Below, one piece after another: positions 57,071 through 64,000 of a stretch of 64,000 nucleotides of DNA. The stretch comes from Verrucomicrobiota bacterium (GTDB lineage Bacteria; Verrucomicrobiota; Verrucomicrobiia; Limisphaerales; Palsa-1400). Under the pieces are notes generated by a model that was not told the origin of the DNA, searched no databases, and worked only from the letters and a program-made list of their open reading frames with translations. The DNA is taken from the NCBI GenBank assembly GCA_049510745.1, contig JBEKYR010000019.1, forward strand, positions 1-64,000, read 5' to 3'. How positions within the stretch are numbered: position 1 is the first letter of the stretch; every line of letters begins with the position of its first letter. Position numbers and translations under genes: made by a program.

Positions 57071-57726
57071 TGAAAGAGAATTCCGCCATCGGCGATTTGC
57101 TGAAGGTCATGGCCAGATTGCGCTCGCCGCGAGGCTGTCCCTGGGACCGCGAACAAAACCATGAAACCTTGCGCTACCACGCGGTCGAGGAGGTCTATGA
57201 ACTGCTCGACGCCATCGAGGCGGGGGACGATCACGAGATGGCGGAGGAATTGGGCGATTTGCTTTTGCAGGTGGTGTTCCACTGCCAGTTGGCCCGCGAA
57301 CGGGGGGCGTTTGACTTCGAGCAGGTGGCGCGGCGCATCACCGACAAACTTTTGCGGCGGCATCCGCACGTTTTTGGCGCAGTCAAAGTCAAGAATGTGG
57401 ATGAGGTCTGGGCCAACTGGGAAAAGATCAAGGCGGCGGAGAAGCACGGCACGCGGCACGCGCGGGCGTCGGCGCTGGACGGAATTCCCAAACATCTGCC
57501 GGCCTTGATGCGCGCGGAAAAACTGCTGAAAAAGGCGCGGAAGGCGAAGCTGCTCGAACCCGCCAAAGGCCCGCGGCCGGCCAAAGGCGCGCTGGCCCGG
57601 CGCCTCTTTGAACTGGCGCGCCAGGCCCAGGCCCGCGGCTGGTCCGCGGAGGATTTGTTGCGCCGCGAAGTCGGGAAACAGGAACGGGCGTTGCGGAGGC
57701 GCGAGCGCAGACAAGTTTCAACCTGA
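57070..57726 (+). CDS. mazG: MazG nucleoside triphosphate pyrophosphohydrolase
   Basis: LRSPRGCPWDREQ, EEVYE, EELGDLLLQVVFH, RRHPHVF. Confidence 0.92.
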   Translation: MKENSAIGDLLKVMARLRSPRGCPWDREQNHETLRYHAVEEVYELLDAIEAGDDHEMAEELGDLLLQVVFHCQLARERGAFDFEQVARRITDKLLRRHPHVFGAVKVKNVDEVWANWEKIKAAEKHGTRHARASALDGIPKHLPALMRAEKLLKKARKAKLLEPAKGPRPAKGALARRLFELARQAQARGWSAEDLLRREVGKQERALRRRERRQVST

Positions 57727-57774
57727 GAAATTCCTTGTCGGCGGGGCGGGCCGGGGTTAGTTAAGCTCCAGTCT

Positions 57775-58884
57775 ATGACGGATCCTCGCTACGCCAAGTT
57801 GTCCGATTTGCTGGTCAAGTATTCCCTTGGCCTGAAGAAAAACGAACGCATTCTGCTGGAGATGACCGACGTGCCGGATGAGTTCACCGTCCAGTTGATG
57901 CGCGCGGCGCGGCGGGCCGGCGCCATCCCGCTGGTGGAAACCCGCCATACCCGCGTCACCCGCGAAGTCCTCCGCGGCGCCACCGGCCCGCACGCCGCCC
58001 TGGTGCGGGAGGTGGAACTGTTCCGCATGAAACGCGTGCAGGCCTACATCGCGGTGCGCGGGGCCGGCAACGCGAGCGAATCGGCCGATGTCCCGAGCGA
58101 CCTGATGGCGCTCTATTCCAAGGCCACCCGGCCGGTGCATGATTACCGTGTCAATAAAACGCGCTGGTGCGTCCTGCGCTGGCCGAGCGCGAGCATGGCC
58201 CAGGCGGCGAACATGAGCACCGAGGCCTTCGAGGATTTTTATTTCGACGTTTGCACCATGAATTACCCCAAAATGGCGCGGGCCATGATCCCTTTGCAGA
58301 AGCGCATGAACCGCGCCGACCGCGTCCACATAAAAGCCCCCGGCACGGACCTGCGCTTCAGCATCAAGGGCATCGGCGCGCTGCTGGCGGAGGGCAAACG
58401 CAACATCCCCGACGGCGAGGTGTTCTCGTGCCCGGTGAAGGACTCGGTGGAGGGCGTCATTCAATACAACACGCCGACGCTTTATGCGGGGACGAAGTTT
58501 GAGAATGTCCGGCTGGAGTTCAAGGAGGGGCGGATCATCCAGGCGACGGCGAACAACACCAAGCGCCTGAACGAAATCCTGGACACCGACGCCGGCGCGC
58601 GTTACGTGGGGGAGTTTTCCCTCGGCTTCAATCCCTACATTCTCAACCCGATGTGCGATATTTTGTTTGACGAAAAGATCGCCGGCTCGCTCCACTTCAC
58701 CCCCGGCCAGGCCTACCAGCAGGCGGACAACGGCAACCGCTCGGCCGTGCATTGGGACATGGTGCTGATCCAGCGCCGGGAGTGGGGCGGCGGGGAAGTC
58801 TGGTTCGACGGCGAACTGATCCGCCGGGACGGCCTGTTCGTGCCGCGGGATTTGCAGCCGCTGAATCCGAAGAATCTGAAATAA
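57775..58884 (+). CDS. M29-family aminopeptidase
   Basis: NIPDGEVF, GEFSLG, FDEKIAGSLH..PG..Y, SAVHWD. Confidence 0.9.
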   Translation: MTDPRYAKLSDLLVKYSLGLKKNERILLEMTDVPDEFTVQLMRAARRAGAIPLVETRHTRVTREVLRGATGPHAALVREVELFRMKRVQAYIAVRGAGNASESADVPSDLMALYSKATRPVHDYRVNKTRWCVLRWPSASMAQAANMSTEAFEDFYFDVCTMNYPKMARAMIPLQKRMNRADRVHIKAPGTDLRFSIKGIGALLAEGKRNIPDGEVFSCPVKDSVEGVIQYNTPTLYAGTKFENVRLEFKEGRIIQATANNTKRLNEILDTDAGARYVGEFSLGFNPYILNPMCDILFDEKIAGSLHFTPGQAYQQADNGNRSAVHWDMVLIQRREWGGGEVWFDGELIRRDGLFVPRDLQPLNPKNLK

Positions 58885-58889
58885 GCCGT

Positions 58890-59765
58890 TCAGCCCTTGA
58901 GGATGACCAGGAACTGCTTCATGGCCGGGGAGAGCACCTTGTTCTTTTTGTAAATCGCCGCCAGCGGCCGCACCAAGTCCACCCCCTCGATCCTCGCTTC
59001 CGCCAGGGTTTGTTTGGCGATTTCCTGCGTGATCGTCCCCTGCGGCACAAGCGAGATGCCGGCATCGATCTCCACCGCGCGTTTGACCGTCTCAATGTTG
59101 TCGAACTCCATCACCGTCTCCACTTGCACATTGTGGTCCCGGAGCACCCGGTCGATCGCTTTGCGCGTCGGAATGTCCGGCTCGAAACTGATGAATTTTT
59201 GCCCGGCCAATTGCGAGAGCTTGATCGACTTTGCCTTGGCCAGCGGATGGGTGGGATGGCAGATGAGCACCAGCGTGTCCTTGCGCAAGGGGACCAACTC
59301 GATCTTGGGGTCGCGCGTCGGATACGCCACCAAGCCCACATCGACCACGTTGCCCAGCACGTCCTCATAGACCTGGTTGGCCCGGCGGTATTCGATGTGG
59401 ACGTTGACAGTGGGATAGGTCTTGAGAAACTTTTTCAAATAGGGCGGCAGCTCGTGCAGGCCGATGCTGTAAATGGTGGCCACGCGAATGGTGCCCGAAA
59501 TGATGTCCTTGATCTCCTGCAGGCGGTTTTCGAGCGAGTCGTAGATTTGGATGATCTGCTTGCTGTAGGTGTAGAGCACCTGGCCCTCGCGCGTGAGGCG
59601 GAATTTCTTCTTGCTCCGCTCGATGAGGAGCGACTTGAACTGGCGTTCCAGCGAGCTGATCTGCTGGCTGACGGCCGATTGGGTGACGTTATTGATCTGG
59701 GCCGCCTTGGTGAAGCTCTCCGTGTCGGCCAGATCACAATAAACTTTTAAGCTCTCGATCTGCAT
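58890..59765 (-). CDS. LysR-family transcriptional regulator
   Basis: SFTKAA..NVTQSAVSQQISSLE helix-turn-helix plus a substrate-binding domain. Confidence 0.95.
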   Translation of the reverse strand: MQIESLKVYCDLADTESFTKAAQINNVTQSAVSQQISSLERQFKSLLIERSKKKFRLTREGQVLYTYSKQIIQIYDSLENRLQEIKDIISGTIRVATIYSIGLHELPPYLKKFLKTYPTVNVHIEYRRANQVYEDVLGNVVDVGLVAYPTRDPKIELVPLRKDTLVLICHPTHPLAKAKSIKLSQLAGQKFISFEPDIPTRKAIDRVLRDHNVQVETVMEFDNIETVKRAVEIDAGISLVPQGTITQEIAKQTLAEARIEGVDLVRPLAAIYKKNKVLSPAMKQFLVILKG

Positions 59766-59906
59766 GCGTTAATTCAACATCCGCGCCAGGATAATGTCAA
59801 CTTATGATATGGCACAAGTGTTTTTTTGCAAAAACCGGCCTCTGAAGACCTCACCGCCCCCCACTGGACGCGCCTCCGCGGCGCCCGGTCCAGGGAGCGG
59901 GGAGGC

Positions 59907-62204
59907 TTATTCCGAAAGGACCTGTTTGACCTTGCGCAAGAGGTCCTGGCTGGTGAAGGGCTTTTGCAGATACCCCTCCTGCTCCGGAGAGTCGGCGGAA
60001 CGCACGTAGCCGCTGGACCAGAGAATGCGCGTCCCCGGCTTCAGGCGCAGGATATGCTCAGTCAGTTCCCGTCCGCTCATGCTCGGCATGACCAGGTCGG
60101 TGATCACCAGGTCGATCTTTTTCTTCGAGCCGGAGAATATTTCCAGCGCCTTCTGCCCGCTGTTCGCGGTCAGGACGGTGTAACCGTAGGAGGAGAGGAC
60201 CATCTGCCCCATCGTCAACAAGAGGTCTTCGTCATCGACAAAGAGCACCGTCTGGGTGCCGGTCAGGTCGGTGGGCGAAACGGGGGCCTCGCGCACGATC
60301 CGCCTGCTGGCCGGCAGATAGAGGCGCACGGTGGTGCCGACCTCCGGCTGGCTGGAGACCGCCACGCCGCCGCCGTGATTGGTGACGATGCCATAGACCC
60401 AGGCCAGGCCCAGCCCGCGATGGCGCGAGCCTTTGGTGGTAAAGAACGGCTCGAAAATGCGCGGCATCACCTCCGGCGCGATGCCTGCGCCCGTGTCGGA
60501 GAGTTCCACGCAGACGTAGTTGCCCGCGTTCAATTTCGCGGTGTGATCCTGGGTCGGCTCGGACAATTGGAGATTGCGCGTCTGGACGTTGATTTTTCCC
60601 TCGGCTTTGATCGCTTCGACGGCGTTTTCCAAGAGCTTGACGATGGCCTGCTGCATTTTGGCTTCGTCAAAACTGGCGGTAAAAAGTTTCCGCTCCAACT
60701 GGCGCGAGAGGGTGATCGGTTTTTGCAGCGAACCCTGGAAGGCCTCGATGGTCCGTTCCAGCAGATTGTTCAGGTTGCCGGCCACCTGCACCCGCGCGTC
60801 TTTTTCCTGGCGGCTGAACGCGGCCAGGTCGTTGGCGATCTCGGCCGCTTTGGCGGCGGATTTCTCGATCTCCACCAGTGAATTGCGCCAGGGATGGCTG
60901 CTTTCGGTCTTGCTCAACAAAAGCGAAGCATGCCCCAGAATGCTGGTCAGGGCGTTGTTGAAATCCAGCGCCACCGAGCGCGCCAGTTGCAGGGCGCAAT
61001 CGAGTTTTTGCTTGTGCGCCAGGCTGGCTTCCACGGCGGCCGAACCGCCGGCGGCCGCGGCGGGTGGAGCTTCCAGTTTGGGCGGCGGGGCCGCGGGCGC
61101 GGCGGGCGCCGGCTCCTTGAGCAATTGGAGCAAACAAACATCCTCGCGCGCCGTCCCGCACAACTGCGCCACAAACACCGCCGGCAACCCGCTCTTGAGT
61201 CCGAACTTCAAGGCGGGCGGCTCCTCGCGCGGGGGCAGGCTGAGAAACTGCTGGGGCGAGTCCTGGTTTTGGAACGACCAAATCATGGCCAGATTTCCAT
61301 CCTCCTTTTCGATCCCGGCTCCGAAGGCGCGCACGGCCGCGCGATTGGCGCGCAACACCTTCCCGGTCTTCGTCACCAGCACCGCAGGCCAATCCGCATT
61401 TTGCAGGACAAACTCATCCTCGCCGTTCCCGGTCGCAACGGGCGGAGGGGATGCCGGCGCCGGCGCCTCACTCCGAACCTCGGCGGGGAACATCTGTAAC
61501 AGCGCGCCGCCCGCGCCGGCGGCGGGACATAATTGCAGCCGGAAAGGCGCCATCGTCCCCTGCTCCACCCGGAATTTCAGAGAAGCCGTGGATTCCTTCC
61601 GCGGCTCGGACAACAACTTCTCCAGGGATTCCGCGTCTTCGCAAGCACACAGCGCCGTCAAAGCGGCGCCTGCGGCCGTCGCCTTTGCGCCAAAGAGACG
61701 CTCCGCCGCCTGGTTGGCGCGGACAATGCCGGCGCGCGCGTCCACCAGCAAGACCGCCCAGCTTGCGTTAGCCAGGCCAAACGGCAGGCTGCCCTTCTCC
61801 GCGGCGGCGGATGGGACAGGCGGCGGAAGAGCCTCTTTGGGCGGCGGCGCATACGACAATTCCGGAAAAGCCGCGCCGGAATCCTTGAACAATTGCAAAA
61901 CCAAATATGGATGACCCTCCCGCACCACCTTGACCAGATGAGCGACGAACTCCGCCGTGCCGCCGCCCGCGACGCGCAGTTTGACCCGGGTTGTTCCGCC
62001 ATTGGACGGATCGCGCAGCAGACTGTCCAGCGGCGTCTGGTTTGCCTGGTCCCAGATCGAAGCCAGGTCGGGGCGGTCCGGGCGGCTGGAGAAGTCAAAG
62101 ACGCGGCGCGCCGCCTGATTGATCCGGCGAATGCTGCCGTTTTCCTCCAGGAGCATGGCCGGCCAGGCCGCTTGTTCGAGAACGAAATCCGTTTCGCGCT
62201 TCAT
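59907..62204 (-). CDS. PAS-containing hybrid histidine-kinase-like protein with receiver domain (H-box His replaced by Leu)
   Basis: Three PAS-like repeats, VALDFNN, ENA, DTGAG, FEPFFTTK, GLGL, receiver VDDE/TDLVMP/KPF. Confidence 0.88.
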   Translation of the reverse strand: MKRETDFVLEQAAWPAMLLEENGSIRRINQAARRVFDFSSRPDRPDLASIWDQANQTPLDSLLRDPSNGGTTRVKLRVAGGGTAEFVAHLVKVVREGHPYLVLQLFKDSGAAFPELSYAPPPKEALPPPVPSAAAEKGSLPFGLANASWAVLLVDARAGIVRANQAAERLFGAKATAAGAALTALCACEDAESLEKLLSEPRKESTASLKFRVEQGTMAPFRLQLCPAAGAGGALLQMFPAEVRSEAPAPASPPPVATGNGEDEFVLQNADWPAVLVTKTGKVLRANRAAVRAFGAGIEKEDGNLAMIWSFQNQDSPQQFLSLPPREEPPALKFGLKSGLPAVFVAQLCGTAREDVCLLQLLKEPAPAAPAAPPPKLEAPPAAAAGGSAAVEASLAHKQKLDCALQLARSVALDFNNALTSILGHASLLLSKTESSHPWRNSLVEIEKSAAKAAEIANDLAAFSRQEKDARVQVAGNLNNLLERTIEAFQGSLQKPITLSRQLERKLFTASFDEAKMQQAIVKLLENAVEAIKAEGKINVQTRNLQLSEPTQDHTAKLNAGNYVCVELSDTGAGIAPEVMPRIFEPFFTTKGSRHRGLGLAWVYGIVTNHGGGVAVSSQPEVGTTVRLYLPASRRIVREAPVSPTDLTGTQTVLFVDDEDLLLTMGQMVLSSYGYTVLTANSGQKALEIFSGSKKKIDLVITDLVMPSMSGRELTEHILRLKPGTRILWSSGYVRSADSPEQEGYLQKPFTSQDLLRKVKQVLSE

Positions 62205-62276
62205 CCTGCGAGGGGAAGACTACCCTTTTTTGCGGAGGGCACCAAACAAAATTGGCGGGAAGTTGACCAAGCCCTC

Positions 62277-62759
62277 TCAAGGCAATGGGCCGAGCCGCGG
62301 ATCAGCCTTGAACACCCGGTGCTTGCCGATGCTGATCTTTTTAAAGTCCGGATGCGCGGGATTCAGGATATAGTTGAACTCTTCCGGCACGACCGCACTG
62401 GGCAGTTTCAGCACGGCGGATCTCCCGGAGCGCACCCAATTGTCGCCAACAGCCGCGTTGGTTTTCGGGTAAGGCCACCGCTTCCAGCCCGCGGGCAGTT
62501 TCGGGGGTGACCAGACCAGGGCGGCATCGAACTCGATTTCAATAATGACCGACCGAGGCGCCGGCCACTGGGTCAAATTAGCCCTCCATTCGAGGATCGC
62601 CAATGAGATCGCACTGGATGTGTAAACAACAGCGACTCCCGTGGAATTCCAACGGCCGCTATACTGCCAAGCCCCGTCGCCTGAAAACGCGGCGCCAACG
62701 AATTGACGTTTCAGGATGCGGTAAGCTTGAATTCGCACCCCTGAGGCAACGCGGTTCAT
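62277..62759 (-). CDS. RES-domain toxin
   Basis: SGDGA..SGRWNS, YTS...LAILE, PSAVVP.E.N.ILNP.H. Confidence 0.9.
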   Translation of the reverse strand: MNRVASGVRIQAYRILKRQFVGAAFSGDGAWQYSGRWNSTGVAVVYTSSAISLAILEWRANLTQWPAPRSVIIEIEFDAALVWSPPKLPAGWKRWPYPKTNAAVGDNWVRSGRSAVLKLPSAVVPEEFNYILNPAHPDFKKISIGKHRVFKADPRLGPLP

Positions 62760-63181
62760 GAATAGACGCCGTGCTCGATTCGACCCAAAATGTTATCCAA
62801 CTCCCGCAGGCCGACCGCCGTTCGCGCGTACGCCAGCGGGGTTGCCCAACCCAGAGCCTGAATGGGATTCTTAAACCAGTGAATGGCGGCGGGTTCGCTT
62901 TCGAGCACATTCACCGCGCGATAAAACAGCCGGGAAAGCTCCCAAAGCCGCTCAGACTCGTTCAAGTTGAGCAATCCCTCATCCAGACGGCGCTGAAAGG
63001 TCCGCGGATTCAGACGCAGCAATCCGGCCATATCCTCCAGAGTGACTTCAAATTTGTGGGCCAACTCGCGCGCCAGCGATGCCGGCAAGCCGTTGGTAAT
63101 GGCCTCAATGAGTTGCGCTTGGGGGAGTTCTTCAAGCTCCGTGAGCGTCTCCACGCTTTTGTCTGCAATTTCGTTTGCCAT
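62756..63181 (-). CDS. Xre/MbcA/ParS-family antitoxin
   Basis: RTFQRR...ESERL...WF..P..ALG..TP...LGRIEHGVYS. Confidence 0.88.
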   Translation of the reverse strand: MANEIADKSVETLTELEELPQAQLIEAITNGLPASLARELAHKFEVTLEDMAGLLRLNPRTFQRRLDEGLLNLNESERLWELSRLFYRAVNVLESEPAAIHWFKNPIQALGWATPLAYARTAVGLRELDNILGRIEHGVYS

Positions 63182-63191
63182 TCTGTCAGTC

Positions 63192-63219
63192 AGGATACGC
63201 CAAATTGTCCATCTGTCAA
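63192..63219 (-). promoter_or_regulatory. Sigma70 promoter of the xre-res operon
   Basis: TTGACA - 16 nt - TATCCT, 10 nt before the ATG; TGACAGA occurs twice. Confidence 0.6.
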
Positions 63220-63313
63220 GGGCAGACAACCGCTTGAGACCTGGGTGGGCGCATCTCAGCAACTCAGTCACCCGTCAGGACTTCGGGAGCCAGCGCCTCG
63301 ATCCACCCTGGAA

Positions 63314-63443
63314 AATGACGAATGACGAAACCCGAATGTCTAAAGAATGCTCAAATGACTCAATGACGAAAAGTCGGCCCGCCTGAATTTCGTCATTGGG
63401 GCTTCGTCATTCCTTCGTCATTAGAGCTTAGACATTCGTCATT
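63314..63443. repeat. Inverted arrays of AATGACG-type heptamers
   Basis: AATGACGAATGACGAA..CGAATGTCTAA on the left; TTCGTCATT x3 and TTAGACATTCGTCATT on the right. Confidence 0.75.
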
Positions 63444-63708
63444 CTTGCGGGCCTGTCGGCGGCCAGTCATAAACACTCATTGCCAATAGGGTTGCTAAAA
63501 ATCGGGATGCGCCCGTTGTCGGTCGAAGATTGGGGTTTCATGGGCGGCGTTGTCAGAGGAGTGTGAAGCTGTGCCCACAGAGAAGCAATTTGACCGGCGC
63601 GCGTTCGGGTTATGGATGAATTTTTTTGATTTTCCTTGCGTTTGCCGTGGAATTCCTTTAAGGTGCTTTTGGGAATCGGGTTTTGAAGTGCGAAAGGCAC
63701 ATGACAGT

Positions 63709-64000
63709 ATGGCGGGTTTAACTTCAGCGCGTCCGACCGGGTCCGGGGATTCGAACGCGGCAGGGCGGCGTTTGCTTCACATTCCGGTCATTCACAGCCA
63801 GGCGGAGATGGGCAGCCTCAGTCCCACAATCCAGGCAATCACGGTGCGGAAGCTGGGCGCCAAAGGATGGGAGCGCAACGTGAGCTTGATTGATGGCATC
63901 TGGACGCAAATCGAGCAAACGATTGACCGCTGGTCGCTGCCCTACGAGAAAGTGCGCCTCTACCAGGATGGGTTGCCGGTATGCGGGCGGGAACTGGAGA
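63709..64000 (+). CDS. Hypothetical cytoplasmic protein (5' part; runs off the window end)
   Basis: Open from ATG 63709: ...LLHIPVIHSQAEMG...VRLYQDGLPVCGRELE. Confidence 0.65.
   Translation, partial: MAGLTSARPTGSGDSNAAGRRLLHIPVIHSQAEMGSLSPTIQAITVRKLGAKGWERNVSLIDGIWTQIEQTIDRWSLPYEKVRLYQDGLPVCGRELE

Noticed and set aside
1..64000. CRISPR array, rRNA, integrase or transposase
   Set aside because: I saw no regularly spaced repeat-spacer units and no recognisable rRNA or recombinase motifs.

Overview
High-GC bacterial DNA, probably Verrucomicrobiota (inferred from the 'PEPTTML..LLPLGASAVRQLRKK' PEP-CTERM variant and the gene repertoire). From left to right it holds: a MoxR/DUF58/BatA/vWA operon interrupted by a PEP-CTERM gene; a double-cubane/2-hydroxyacyl-CoA-dehydratase-family reductase module with a methyltransferase and ATP-dependent activase; selA-selB-selD (SelD fused to a Cys-rich N-terminal domain and a C-terminal CMD domain); a low-GC VapBC + GHKL insert; tRNA-Sec; sugar-nucleotide genes; exported proteins; a GH106 hydrolase; an isomerase; signalling genes; an orphan HaeII-like nuclease; proB, mazG, an aminopeptidase, a LysR regulator; and a RES-Xre toxin-antitoxin pair. 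The main finding is three ORFs near the Sec machinery that stop at a TGA next to a Cys motif. Each TGA is followed exactly 14 nt later by a 6-bp stem with an RTGGC loop. This points to a lineage-specific SECIS and three hidden selenoproteins: two exported paralogues with FEFG-U-GxxC and one small membrane protein ending CPT-U, encoded between selC and a membrane ferredoxin. All family assignments come from recognising motifs by eye; no database searches were run.
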